From the NCBI RefSeq assembly GCF_000143415.4, contig NW_003314322.1, forward strand, positions 308,408 to 372,407: a stretch of DNA of 64,000 bases, read 5' to 3'. A program made the position numbers and the translations under genes. Each line of letters begins with the position of its first letter. Positions within the stretch are counted from its first letter, which is position 1. The DNA comes from Selaginella moellendorffii. Lineage: Eukaryota > Plantae > Lycopodiophyta. The notes under the pieces are model-generated. The model worked only from the letters and a program-made list of their open reading frames with translations. It ran no database searches and was not told where the DNA came from. Shown here one piece after another: positions 1 through 13,651 of the stretch.

Positions 1-734
1 CTCCCAGTCCAAGTGTGGGTGGCACTACCTACTTGGATACCTGGTGTGGCTCAATGGAACCTTGCTCTAAGCCCATGGCTAGAGCACCTAAAGGTGAAAT
101 GCAGGGAGAGTACCCATGAGGCCCGCTTAGGGCCACGGTGTTCCGAAATGTCATCCCAAAGTCCTAGACTGTGGAAAGGAAGAGGAGTAGTCCTCTGGTG
201 TGGTGACCAAGGACACAGTCACACAGGGAGGAAGTCCTAGAGGACAGTGGGACTTAGTGGTCGGGCCCATGAGCCTTGATCCAATGGCAGTGTTGGCGAA
301 CACGGCCAAGGACGGAATGGGACTTGGTGGGGACTGGAACGGAGATATTGGGGAAGGCTAATCCCCATGTCTGTGGGCATCCTAAGGATGCTAAGGAGTG
401 GATCTGGGATGATCACTCGTGGATGGATGGCCCAGTCTTTGAGTGACGGGATTGGGATGCAGGTGGTGTCAGACCATCGGTGTGACCAAGGTGAATAGGC
501 CTGGCCTTAGCGTAACGGGCTGATATGTCGGTGGTACCTTGGGGTGTCGGTCATGAGATCGGACACGTGGAGCACTTGGACCAAGTGCATAGGTTGAGTG
601 GGGGGGATGCCATTCTCGGGGCTAGTAAGCCCAAGTCCAAAATAGGACTTACGGAGGTTGTGAGTGAGACTCCTCCAAGTGGTCAGAGGTGCGGTTAAGT
701 GACTAAAGTAAAATGGAAAAATTAATCGCTTAGA
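1..734 (+). mobile_element. 3' part of a family-A LTR (5' LTR of an element running right)
   Basis: Colinear with 19368-20102; ends ...TCGCTTAGA (degenerate ...TTACA) and is followed by a PBS. Confidence 0.85.
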
Positions 735-3218
735 ACTTGGTATCGAAGCTGTTCCTTAGTCCGACTCTTATTGGTGTCCAAGCATATCACCACTTGTATT
801 GGAGTTGGAAGGTCCTAGATATGGACCTATCTTCGAGGAGTAGCATGTCGAGAGGACATGGCTCTCCACTCAAGTTCATGCGTGAACTTGTGCACGATGT
901 GGTGGATGGAATAGGGCCAGTAAGGGAATGACTTTGGGATCTTGGGAACAGTATAAGGGTTTCCTCATAGAGCTGAGGATGTGATCCAGATGAGCGTTTG
1001 ACGCAGCAAACGAGCTAATGTAGTTGTGGTAAACAACTATAGTTAGGATCACGGGAAAGATGCAGACTCCAAAACAATAAAGGAGTCACAAGATTACCCT
1101 TATATGGTTGAGGCTGGTACTCATAAATTTGAGACCAGAATTATTGATCGTGGGAGGTCAAATACAGAAGAGGACACCAGTCCTTGAAATGGTAGCCGGG
1201 GTTACCTCTAATAAATGCTGGAACAACCCAAGGAGTTGGGGGTGTACTTAAAGATGATTTGCTATCCTCATCACATGGACAAGTAGTCCTAAGGGGCAAA
1301 GGTTAGCCCCAAGAAAATCATCAAGTGTCAGAGTAACACTTGCAAAGATTGTCCTTGTGAGTAGGACATGAATACAAGAAGTTGTATTCCAGTGAGTTGG
1401 CACCTCTAAAACTGAGACCTCGCAGGTTGTTAGATTAGCAAAGTCCAAAATGCTGGATGACTCAAGCGGAGTCAGGGAATGGTTGGAGCATTTGGACCGA
1501 GGTGTATAGTGCCTCATGAGGTATGGGGAGGATCATAAGATCCAAGTATGAGAACAATAGGTATCTCATTGATGGCAGAAGGTGCCATACTAAAGTTGTG
1601 GGAAAGATGTTCCCAAAAGAAAGCAACTTTGGCCCAGAGTTACGTGCAAACACTATGGTGCGGTGCTAATGGATAGTTAGCATGAGGAACAACTATATTG
1701 GTCTTGGCAAAGCCCTAGACACTAATAAGTAGTGTCATAAGGGTAGGCTTGTGGGGCCGATGGTGTGGAGGCACCAAATGTGCCAAGGTGTGATACCTGG
1801 AGGTTATGATGGTGGGTTCATAAGAACCCCTTGCCAAGGGAATCCAACGGAAGCGGGAATGGCATGGCCTAAGCTGGAAGGCATGTGGTTGGAGTGTGGT
1901 GACCCAGATAATGATGGAAGTGTGGAAACACCAAGCAATGAGTTGTAGGACTTGACAACTATGTGGCAGCTAAGCAAGAGGTGCAAGACAATTGGTTAAA
2001 TGGGTAGAAGGTAGCTACCCAAGACTTCTTAATGGCATAAGGAAGTTAGATATACCCTTACGGAGGGTAAATTGCTTATGTTGCGATATAGTAAGTCAAT
2101 GTCGTAAACGGGAATGCTCATTGTCAGGAGGCCATCATTGGGACACCCAAGCACTCTAAAACACTAGGAGGTGGTGTTTCGTGTTGCAAGGGCAATAGAT
2201 AAGGCCCAAGGGCCTAAGTCCCTAGCGAATGATGGGTAGTAGGTGCTATCCAAATGTCCAAGGTTGTGGAGACAGGAGAAGACTGTCTATCCAAATTGGA
2301 CAAAGCCAAAAATGGAATTTTGGCAAGGCTAGTGATGGGCATGTAAGGGCCCATAAGCAGCAATGTTAATCCCAATGTGTGGGATTATAAGGTGAGCATG
2401 CCTAAGATTGAGGAACCACTCCCTAGGCTATTGGGTAGGTTCATCCCTAAGAATACTTGCTAAGGCATAGTAAAATATGCAAAGCTATCCTCCTAGTTTG
2501 GAGGAGAATAACCAAAGGAAACATATGGGGCCAAAAGGCAAGTAGTATGGGGATGGAACTGAACCATAGAAATCAAAGGGCATATCCAACGGTGGTTATG
2601 CAAGTTGGGAGTGGAGAATCAAGAGGGTGCTCGAGGATATTGTTGCTAGCAACCGTGATGCCATGGAGAGTCTAAAATATGGAATTGTCCATGTTAGACT
2701 ATATGGCAACTATAAAACTTGCAAAAAGGGAGGTCTTAGCAAGCTAAGGGATAGAATTCCTTCAAGGTTCCCAAAGACAATTCTAGTTAGCTTAATACTT
2801 AGAAAGGCCAAGGGTAAATGGTTCATGAAACGCGCGAAATCAAAGTGGCGCAGTAGAAGCGTGGTCTTGAAGCTTGCCATGAGGCAAGGCTATCAAGGTT
2901 AGGGAAGTAGTTCCCGAGTGTTCAAAGAGAGGGCTTTGAACAAAAGTCGATGGCCAAGGACTTTCACCCTTATGTAGGAACCATGTTACAGTGGTCGGAG
3001 GACTTGCCAAGCGAGATTGGCAAGTCGGGGGAACAAATGCCCTAGTTGAAGGTGATAACTTTAAAAGGGTGGGCCATGGGGTCGAGCATAGAGGAGTCCA
3101 TGCATGATCACAAACTTGTCAAGCGAGAGGACTTGGCAGTGCAGAGGAACTAGGTTCCTAAGCTGTGATCTGTAGCGCGCTTTAAATATAAGTTGGTGCA
3201 CCGGCGTGGGGACTCACG
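735..3218 (+). mobile_element. Family-A internal region, non-coding/decayed, truncated
   Basis: Reverse-complement homolog of ~32985-35470; no intact gag/pol ORF. Confidence 0.75.
738..749 (+). promoter_or_regulatory. Primer-binding site (tRNA-iMet type) TGGTATCGAAGC
   Basis: Lies 3 nt after the LTR end; resembles canonical TGGTATCAGAGC. Confidence 0.8.
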
Positions 3219-6200
3219 CTAGGAACCAAAATGAGACTAATATAAAGGGCATGATAGTGAGGGTGTTTGGCAGACACAATAAATTATCATCCGGCGATAT
3301 TGAGGGACTAGTCTCAATACGTGAAGGTTCTTGCCAAGCCAGTGCAAGACAGAGCAAAAGAGAACTAAGAGCCAGGCCAAGAATGCTTAGCTAGAAACAC
3401 ATAAAAGTTCCTACCTTATGTTCATCTGGCTAAGTATAGATGCTAAGTGGAGTAAACTAACACTTGGACAAGAGGGGCTACCGAAGGAAACCAGCAGTAC
3501 CAACATCCTGCCGTCATGGTAGTAAGGAAAGAGTGTCCATAAGGACTAGCCAATAAGTATCATTTGATACCTAAAATCACATTTGTGACATCTAAATACA
3601 TTTGAAATGCCCACTTAACTCCACTATCATAAAAGGGATTGATAAAAGGTCCAACAATACTGACCTCTTACCGTTGTGGTAGTAAGGAAAGAGTGTCCGT
3701 AAGGAGTAGCTAACAAGTAACTTTTGATACTTGAAGTCACATTCGTGACACTCTTCCCCCCTTAGGGAAGATTGACATCCTCATCGATGCATACTTTAGT
3801 ATAAACCACCGGCAAGGAAACAACTCTAGAAAAAATTCACGGTGATCACATTATGTGAGAAATGCACCAACTTAAATGAGTTAAGGTAACCTTTTTGTCT
3901 AACGCGGATGCACTACCAACTCAGACACCTTCCAGCTATTGCCAACAAGGAAATGACCAACGAAGTTAGCCACCCTTACTACTTTGAGTGTCACCCAGCT
4001 TATAAAAGTGTGATACACCCTGTCCATAGGGACATAAAGAGAGAAGCCAAAGGCCCCAACCCTCATGAGCAAAGAAACCAAATCTGTTGGTAAGGTTTAG
4101 ATATACTACTGTAAATAGGCAGTTAGAGTTGTTTATATGGTCATGCCCTTTAAACGGAATAAGGAACATCGATAGAGAGGTGGGTGATGTGATCAGTCGA
4201 CAGTAGCTACCCTATGACTAAAGATTTTACCATGCACACGAAGTGCCAAAGCCAATCTACTTATATTGGCCCAAACTTAAAGATTAAGAGATGGACAATA
4301 TCAAATTCATAGACAATGATATCTTAGAGACTTAATTATCAATGGATAAATCTTAGATTAGAACATAAAAGTATTCCAAGTAAGTTATCATCCGATAAAC
4401 TAGTATGATAGTATAGGAACCACCAAGATCACTATAGTTGAAAAACATAGGATTCACTATCCAACAAAATTCAATAGCAAGTATACTATCAACAACACTT
4501 TATGATAAAACTTAATTATTAAAGATTTCAGATAGCATGCTAAACAACTTACAAAAGACAGCTCAAAGAACACAAAGTATCGTTGACTGACAAGTATATT
4601 GCTCACGAATGTATCACTCGAAGGAAATAACATCCTAATCTATCAGAACTAAACAATCAACAAAACAGAATGAATGCAGTAAGACCAACAAACACTTGTT
4701 CATGCCAACTATCGCACTAGTCAATCTGAATAGATCCCAGTCAACAATCTGAAGGAACTAGAGTTAGCAATATCCTACTGATGTCTTAACCCAAAAAACC
4801 AATCTAAAACAAATCACAAAGAACATGTGGTATAGCAAAAAGCCATTAAAGAGAACAACTAACCATCACGAAAAATCATCAATCTTCCTATCAAAAAAAT
4901 GATATATAGTTATCGTTGAAGACAGAATCCACCATCCCAAAGAATGGCACATCATTCTACATTAACAACAACCAAGCAAATTTTTTAATGAGAATAATCA
5001 ACTATCCCAAGATGATAGTCAATTATCACTAATGATTGTTAGATGCAAAAGCCAACTTTAACATCAAAGCTAATGAGTTAAACTATTTTCCCTAACAACC
5101 TTTAACAAATAGAACAATAAGCATAAAAAACTCAAGGAACCAAAAGCTCGAAGAAGTCTATAGCCAAATCTTGCCTAATAATGATCATAAGTTTTGCATA
5201 AATTAATTTCAATGCTAAAGAAAAAATCATAGCACAATCCATAATATCCTTCTCAACAAATCTATAAGCTAAACTTTATAATGCAAAGCTAATGAAGAGC
5301 ACATTTGCATCAATCCAAAAGCTAAGCACAATGGAACTATTCTCAACAAGTGATCACTAAACCGATCCTTCATGAATCCATCTATAGCAAGACATAACTC
5401 ACTTCATAACAAGCACAAGAAGAATCATCAATAATCAATATATTTCTAATATCTTCAATATCAATCACTAACTTCTCCTCTCGTAAAGCTAGCATAATTC
5501 ATGAGTAAATCACTTTTCAAGGAAAAGCTCAAACCTCAAGCTCTACTAAACAATCTCGTCTAGAACATAACTAATTTAAACTTGCCACTCAGTTCATTTG
5601 AATATTAATACAGTTGCTAACTAGCAAATGCACAAATGCCAATAACACAAAGCTATAGCCAACTCGTCAACATTATCTACGTCAAGGCTAATGAAACTCA
5701 ATATCAATCCTTTCATTTCACTTGAATCTCAACAATAATAATGTTAACGAAAAGGCATCACTTCAATGCCATCAACACCAGGACAAAGATAGAAGAAAGC
5801 AAGAGTGAATCACCACTCAAAGCTCTTTAGCAACAAATCTAACCAAAATCAAAAATACCTTAGTTAGTATCCGAGACTAATCCTTCAACAATACTCAATT
5901 TCAGATAACACATCATCAAGAAGTGATTCACCACATCCAAGACTCAATGAAATCCAACACCATGGACTAAACGCAACCACATGACATTGACAAAGGTATC
6001 AATATGCTAACATGGAAGAACCATGTAAGGCTAACAATATGATCCTCTGCAACACCATTTGGTAAAGCAAGTTTATCATTGCTAAATTATCATCAAGCAA
6101 AACAAATGTCATACAGTCCTTGACGAAGTCTACAAGCAATCATTAATTGCCAAGCAACTAACAATCACTCTTTCAATTTGCCTTCATAGGACCCAAAAAC

Positions 6201-6375
6201 TAAACTCATGCCATTGAGTTAAATACTTGTCCAACATTAACATAATACCTCAAGTACAAGATATAGATTCATAGACAAGCATAAACTAAATGACCATTCG
6301 AATCCAACTCAACTGCAATAGGCTCACTAATGCATTTAGCCAACAGCTCTGACCATGCCTTGAAGAGGCTAGCTA
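3219..6375 (-). mobile_element. Family-C LTR element remnant: partial 3' LTR 3219-3750, PPT 3751-3763, AT-rich internal region
   Basis: Reverse complement of PPT+TGTCACGAATGTGAC at 3750; internal region is the reverse-complement homolog of 39320-41056 plus 54313-55246; appears to resume at 28390-28519. Confidence 0.7.
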
Positions 6376-6734
6376 TCCAAGTCGAGTCTGAAGTCAAATC
6401 CAAGATCGAGTCCAAGACCAAGTCCAAATACTAATATAGGTCGTGGGGTGAAAGCCCAAAGTGTGTGTCTCCAAGGGGGGGGGGGCTACAGAGGGTTCCA
6501 AATGTATAGTAGAGATAGTGAGGTCTAGGAACTAGTCCATAAGGAAATCTCTAGTGGTGCTTCCAAATTAACTCGAGGTTGAGACTGGGGCTAAGGGGCC
6601 TTGGGTGGAAGTGAGCATAGACTTGGGTGGTGCCGGAGGGGCCACCCAAGGAAGTGTTCAAGAGCAGCTCCCACTCTCAGAAGGGAAATCGATTGCGGTG
6701 CTCCCGGCTCATGTGGAGTGGTGCCCCACTTGAG

Positions 6735-8290
6735 TGTAAGCAACTAGATTTTCCATTCTACTTTAGTCACTTAACCACACTTCCGACCACTTGGAGGAGT
6801 CTCATTCACAACCTCCATAAGTCTTATTTTGGACTTAGGGACTTGCTAGCCCCAAGAATGGCATCCATGCCACCTAACCATTGCACTTGGTCCAAGTGCT
6901 CCACGTGTCCAATCCCAAGGTACCGCTGACATATTAGCCCATTATGCTAAAGCCATGCCTATTCACCTTGGTCACACCAGTGGTCTGACACCACTGTAAG
7001 CGACTAATTTTTCCATTTTACTTTAGTCACTTAACTGCACCTTTGACCACTTGGAGGAGTCTCACTCACAACCTCCATAAGTCCTATTTCAGGCTTGGGC
7101 TTGCTAGCCCAGAGAATCGCACCCCTGCCACTTAACCTTTGCACTTGGTCCAAGTGCTCCACGTGTCCGATCCCATGACCGACACCCCAAGGTACCACCG
7201 ACATATCAGCTTGTTATGCTAAGGCCATGCCCTTTCACCTTGGTCACATCAGTGGTCTAACACCACCTACATCGCAGCCCTGTCTCTCAAAGACTGGGCT
7301 ATCCATCCATGAGTGATCATCCTAGATCCACTCCTTAGCATCCTTAGGATGCCCACAGACATGAGGAATAGCCTTCCCCAATATCCCTTTTCTGGTCCCC
7401 ACTAAGTCGCTTTCTGCCCATGGCTGTGTTCGCCAATACTGCCACTGGATCGAGGCCCACAGGCCCGACCACTAAGTCCCACGGTCCTCTAGGACTTCCT
7501 CACCACCCGATTGTATCCTTGGTCACTACACCAGAGGACTACTCCTCTTCCTTTCCACAGTTTGGGCCTTTGGGACAACATTTCAAAATACCGTGGCCCT
7601 ATGCGAGCCTCATGGGTACTCTCCCCGCCTTCCACTTTTGGGTGCTCTAGCCATGGGCTTAGAGCGAGGTTCTGTTGAGCCACACCAGGTATCCAAGTAG
7701 GTGGTTGTCGCGAATGTGACTTCGGGTATTGAAAGTTACCTGTCGGTCAGTCCTTACAGACACTCTTACCTTACTGCCACAGAAGGTCGGTATTGCTAGA
7801 CCTTTTATCAGTCCCTCTTGTGCTAGTGGAGTTAACTGGGCATTTCAAGTGTACTTAGACCAGACGAGCATAAGGGTGGAATTCCTACGTGTTATTAGCT
7901 AAGCATACTTAGCCTGGTAAGGAGTTCCCGTCTCGTTTTGTCTTGCACTTGCTAGTGACAAGAACCCTTGCGTATTGAGATTGGTCCCTCAATATTGCTA
8001 CATGATAGCTTACTGTATCTGCCAAACACCCTCGCTATCATGCCCTTTGTGTTAGTCTCATTTCGGTCCTAAATGCTATTTATGGAAAGTGTCCCTTTCT
8101 AGAGACTCACTTATTGCTTGCTTTGTGCTTGTTCCTCGAGCACTTCGTTGGGAGTTCCACTCCCACTCTCAACCTTTCAAGTCGGAGCTTTTAGTCCAAA
8201 CGTGTTACGTTCATTTGGCTTTCACTTTAGCCACTACCACGTGGCACCCTTTCGGCTCCACTTTGGGGCCTAGGGATTTTTTGTCTCACA
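6735..8290 (-). mobile_element. Family-A solo LTR inserted in the family-B 5' LTR, with a duplicated terminus (6735-6994 vs 6995-7266) and a family-C LTR fragment (7706-~8100)
   Basis: TGTAAG...TCTCACA termini; flanks TTGAG/TTAAG (5-bp TSD, 1 mismatch); empty site CCCCACTTAAGTACTT seen at 12342-12357. Confidence 0.75.
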
Positions 8291-8852
8291 TTAAGTACTT
8301 GCGGCTCATTGGTCCTCACCCTTCCTAGGGGCTTGGGCTTTCCCTTCGGGATGGAAGTGGGTAAAAGTAAGGCCACGGTGTTTCCCTTTGGTGTCCCGAA
8401 GCTAGTGTTGCACTTAAGGCTTGGGATTTAAAGGGTCCTATGATCAAGTTTTGTTGTACCAAGGGATGTTAGGAACTTGGTGGCTTGGTGTGCTTGGCTG
8501 CTTGTGCTTGTGAGGAGTGTAGCCGAACCTTAAGTCCAGTCTAACTCGGGGAGGGGCATTGGGAGAGCTTTGGGAATCCGTGAATGGATGGCTAACGCAC
8601 CGTTACTCATGCAGTGAGTAGCTGAAACCAAGTAGGACCAAGTAGGAGCTGGTATGTAAGGCGGGAATCTTGGCAAGGAAACTTAACTAAGGATAAGGCA
8701 GTGTTGGTCAAATAAATAAGGTAAGTTAGCAAATTGGAAAGGAAACATTTGTGGCTTAAATTTGGTATCGAGGCCTTTTCCTTAGTTCTAGTGAAGGATA
8801 GAGGCAGATTGTTGGGAGATGGCAAATGCAAGTGTAAAAGAACCAAGGTGGA

Positions 8853-9975
8853 GATGGAACCTCTACCAGAGTTGGAGCCTCCAGTTGAACAAAAGGCTAG
8901 GGATGAAGAATCCTTGCATGAGGAGGACTCTAGTGAGGAAACTTCCAAACAGGAGTCTAGTGGCAAGATTCGGTTGTCCAAGGCTCAATTGAACATTTAA
9001 AAAGGACAATTGGCATAGACCAGTGCCTTGCTGGAGACTCTTGTATGCAAGCAAAAGTGTGATAAGAAGTGGAAGGAAAAGGTGAAAGACTACAGATGCT
9101 GGTAGTGCAGAAGGCATGGACCCTTCGGCAGGGACTAAGGTGGAACCAAACAAGGTCGAACGGAATCAGTCCCTCAAGCAATTCCCAAGTACAAAACAAA
9201 GCCCCCACCAATCTTCAAGGGAGTGAATGACTATAAGGTGGTGAAGGATTGATTTTACAATATGGAGGACTATTTTTGAGCATTGCAGTTACCGAGCTCG
9301 GAGAAGGTCCCATGTGCAAAACCATACTTGGCAGATAATGCCAAGTCTTGGTGGAAAACAAAAGAGGCCAATGAAGGATTGGTGGCCACTTGGGAAATGA
9401 TGAAGGCGAGGATCTGCACGACTTGCGTTTCTCCAAATGCTACTCTGCACCTAAGGGATGAGTTGAGTAAGCTGAAACAAACCAGAAATATTTAAGAGTA
9501 TGTGAATGAGTTTATGGCAAAGAGGATACTTGTCACGAATATAAGTGACATGGATGTGTTCCATGCCTTCATATCAGGCTTGCAATCCTAGGCTCGAGGC
9601 GAGGTGATGCATTGGAACCCGACCAACTACAAGGAAGTGTTGAATGTAGCTATCAAAGTGCATTTCAATAATAACTTGTGAAAGGGGAACACGACAGGGT
9701 CGGGGTTCATGTTTAGCAAAGGGCCCAAACCAAGGGGACATATGGCAAAGGGAAATTCAAGAAGAGTTTATCTAAGAATGAGTCCTTGGGTTTCCAGAAA
9801 TGAAGATTTGGTGACCAGCAAGCAAGTACGTGGGGGAGTTAAGCAAAAAGAGACAAACCCACGGATAAAAAAGTCAAGTCTACTAGTAGCGTGGGAAATA
9901 ATATATGCTTCAACTACGGTGAAACGGGACATTTTTCGAGGGAATGTTTATACCCGAAGAAGGCCAGAGCCAATA
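8853..9975 (+). pseudogene. Gypsy gag remnant with CCHC zinc knuckle
   Basis: Fragments YLADNAKSWW, LRDELSKLKQT and CFNYGETGHFSREC, with stops and frameshifts. Confidence 0.8.
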
Positions 9976-10109
9976 TGGCCATTAAATCGAGTGAAATCCA
10001 AACTGAGGTATGGGATCTAGTCCTTACCTCAAAGTTACTCATTACACAAGTAATTTTGGTAGAGAGTCAGTTCGCGACATCTACTAACCCTTCAACAGAA
10101 GCTCGGAAG

Positions 10110-11965
10110 TAGCTTTGTTAAGATTTTTATTGACATGGGTGCTTCAAATAATTTTGTGGCTGCAGACATAGTCTGGCAAGTCGGACTAACGGTACAGCGA
10201 CTGGGTGAACCGAGGACTATAGAGTTTGTTCAAGGTAGCCAAAGCACCGATGAGGTACTTTGACAAGCGAGAGTCGAAATAGGGACATGGAAAGTAGACA
10301 TGGATTTCACCGTGTTGGATATGGCTAGATTTTACATAATCTTTGAGATGGATTAGTTCAATCGGTTCGTGGTAACTCTGCATAGACAAAGTAGGAACTT
10401 TGTGGTATTAGCGAATGCTCGAGGAGAACGATCCAAGATGGAAGCCCAAGATCTAAAAGTAGGGCAATGTAAGGCCAAAGGTGTTTGAAAAACTAAGGGA
10501 ACACCAGCTATATGTTAAAGAGAGAAAATGTGACTTTGCTCAACAAAAGGTAAAGTTTCTCAAGCATGTGATATGCAAGGACAGACTCAAGAAGGACCAT
10601 GAGAAGGTTCAAGTGATCCAAGAATGGGAACGATCATTGAATATACATGAGTTAAGGGCATTCTTGGGGCTATGTAACTACTACTGAAAGTTTATCAAAC
10701 ACTATTCAAGAGTAGCTCTACCTTTAACGGACCAAACAAAAAAAGAGAAAATGGTATAGACAGTAGAATGCGAGGTGGCATTTGTCCACCTCAAAGAGAA
10801 GTTTAGGAAGGCTCCCGTGTTGGCATTACCAGACTTTGGTAAGGACTTTGAAGTAAAAACGGATGCTTCAACCTTTGTGTTAGGCACAGTTTTGAAGCAA
10901 GACAACCATCTAGTAGTATTCTTCTTCAAAAAGTTAGACAAGACTCAGCAAAAGTGATTTGTTTATGAGAAGGAATTGTTTGCAATAGTAAGGCACTCAA
11001 GAAGTGGTGACACTACCTTAGGAAACACTTCAAAGTTTACATGGATAATGTAGCAATGAAACACTTCTTGTCACAACCCAACCTAAAAGGGAAACAGGGT
11101 CAGTGGGCCAATGCTTTGGCTGAGTTTAATTGCGAGATTCTGTATAAACCTGGGAAGAGCAACTACGTGGCAGATGCTCTAAATTGAAAAGCAAGTTTGA
11201 AGTTGGTGATTTGTGACAACAACATTTTAGGATAATGTGCACACAATATATGAGAACAATGGTCTAGCACAGACTAGTGTTGAAGCAAGACAACCATCCA
11301 ATAATATTCTTCTCAGAAATGTTGGACAAAGCTCAGCAAAAGTGGCCTGCCCACGAGAAGGAATTGTTTGTGGTGGTCAAGGCACTCAAGGAGTGGCAAC
11401 ATTACTTTGGGAGACACTTCAAAGTTAACACGGATAATGTGGCAACAAAACACTTCTTGTCACAGCTTGACCTGAGAGGGAAATAGGGTCAGTGGGCCAA
11501 TATTTTGGCCGAGTTTGATTGTGAGATTCCATATATACCTGGGAAGAGCAACATCATGGCGGATGCTTTAAGTCAAAAAGTGAGCTTGAAGTTGGTGATA
11601 TTCAATGCGACAACAACCTTTTGGGATGATGTGTGGATAGCATATGAGAATGATAGTCTAACATAAGAAGTGTTGTTGAGGAATTAGGAGGCATAGGAAG
11701 GTTACCAGAGAGATGAGTTGCCAACAGAAGAGAAAAAAGGCTATGTGGAACACAATAAACTCATTTTTTATAAACAAACAAGGGTGTATGTTCCAGAAGG
11801 GGAACTAAGGAAGGTAACCTTAAAAGAGTGTCATGACGGACCTTTTGCAAGACACAGTAGAGTGCCCAAGACAATGGGTTTGCTCAAGAGGAAGTATCAC
11901 TTGCCAGATATGGCTAAAGACGTCCAAAACTATGTAAAAACATGTCCAACATGTCAGTAGGTCAG
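10110..11965 (+). pseudogene. Gypsy pol remnant: aspartic protease, RT C-terminus, RNase H (partly duplicated), integrase H2C2 zinc domain; RT core and IN core missing
   Basis: FIDMGASNNF; KLREHQLYVKERKCDF; LRAFLGLCNYY; APVLALPDFGKDFEVKTDAS; ECHD..H..CPTCQ. Confidence 0.85.
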
Positions 11966-12357
11966 TGCAAGACCGAGTTCAAGACCGAGTCCGAGACAGA
12001 GTCCGAGGTTGGGTCCAAGATCGAGTTCTAAGATTGAGTCTAAATACCAATATAGGTTGTGGGGTGAAAGCCCAAAGCGTGTGTCTCCTATGTAGGGGGT
12101 AGGGGGGGGGGGAGGGCTGTAAGGGGTTTCAAAAGTATACGTCTAGGAACTAGTCCATAAAGAACTCTCTAGTGATGCGTCCAAACTGACTCAAGGTTCA
12201 TATTGGGGATAAGGGGCCTTAGGTGGGAGTGAGCATGGACTTAAGTGGTGCCGGAGGGGCCACCCAAAGAAGTGCTCAAGAGCAGCTCCCACTCCTGGAA
12301 GGGAAACCAACTGCAGTGCTCTTGGTTCATGTGGAGTGGTGCCCCACTTAAGTACTT

Positions 12358-12381
12358 AAGCTCTATTTCGTTAAAGTGGGA
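12358..12381 (+). repeat. Left terminal inverted repeat, copy 1
   Basis: Exact reverse complement of 27882-27905. Confidence 0.95.
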
Positions 12382-12788
12382 ATTGTCATTATCCCACTTG
12401 TAAAATAAGGTTTCCAAACCTTTATATAGTATATAAATATAACAAAATTCAACTGCATTGAGGCACATGCCATTTTATTTTAAACAAGGAAATGTCTACT
12501 CAATCACTTCTCACTGCTTCACCTCTCTCTTCTCCTTGTCATTGTCGTCCAATTTCTTTCCATCCTTTTAACATTGGCTCAGTTGCTCCGAGTCTAGGTG
12601 GAGCCCAAGTCCCCATTCAATCTTTACTTTCCCCTTATTAATAAAACAACTTCGTAGACTTCCAATAACATGCTGTAACACTTCTAGTATAATGCAAATC
12701 CTCTCAAAGAATTGTCTTTTAATATTAATACAATGGCATGGAACCCCATGCCATAATAAGTTACATTTTTAAATAAATACATGCCATC

Positions 12789-13651
12789 TCAGACTGTTAT
12801 TTTTTGCCTCCAACGCCTATACAATAATCTTGGAATTTCATCACTCTCCACACTATCAGGATTTAAACCCAATAGTAATGCCATCTCTTCTCTAATACGT
12901 CCACGCTCATGTTCAGTGGTCGAAGAACCCATCCGGTTGAGCAGATTATGGAGATGCGGATAGTGCTTGGCTAGACAATATACATGCCATAAATGATGAC
13001 TGGTGTCTGTCCGATCAAATAGCTTCTGATATACCGTTCCATCTGCCATTTGGTTGATTTCTGCAGCCACCTCCTGGACTGGCCGGTTCTCTATCACCAT
13101 CGCTTCAAGCCGTTTTGCAAGGTCCCCCAGAACATACGGTTTCTTCTCCCTAGTTTCCATACTGCAAGAGATGGGGTGCACTGCATATGTGTGCGTGTTC
13201 GCTGCAGTTTTAATCGGCGAGTCATCGATGATGAGGATTTCACTTGACCTAGCAGTCCGGTTCATCACTACAGCCTCTGCCTTGACGAAGATGGGCTTGC
13301 TACCCCTCACATGGACCATAGTCAAGCAATCCTCCTGCGTTAGGAGAAAGTCAAATGGTAATATTACTCGCGTCTGATCGTGCATCATCTGTAGCAACGT
13401 TAATGCATTGTGGCGCATCATGGATGTCCAAACTCCCAATTGCAAATTGAACCCGGCCCTCTGTTTTAAGTGTCGCATGGTCATTATTAGATCCCGCAGT
13501 TTCTCCCGTGTGATTAATGTGAATCTGTCTCTTTTGACCAACTTGCGACCGCAGGCTTTGGAGGGTGCAGTGACATTCGAGGACGAGCCACGCTCATGGG
13601 AGAAAAGGACACCGTTCAGATCAAAAACGATACAGTACTTTCGCCGTGACT
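12789..13651 (-). CDS. Last exon: FCP1/NIF-like HAD-superfamily phosphatase domain
   Basis: Motif I CIVFDLNGVL, motif II GVWTSM, motif IV IIDDSP; preceded by CTAAC branch site and TTTCAG acceptor. Confidence 0.8.
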
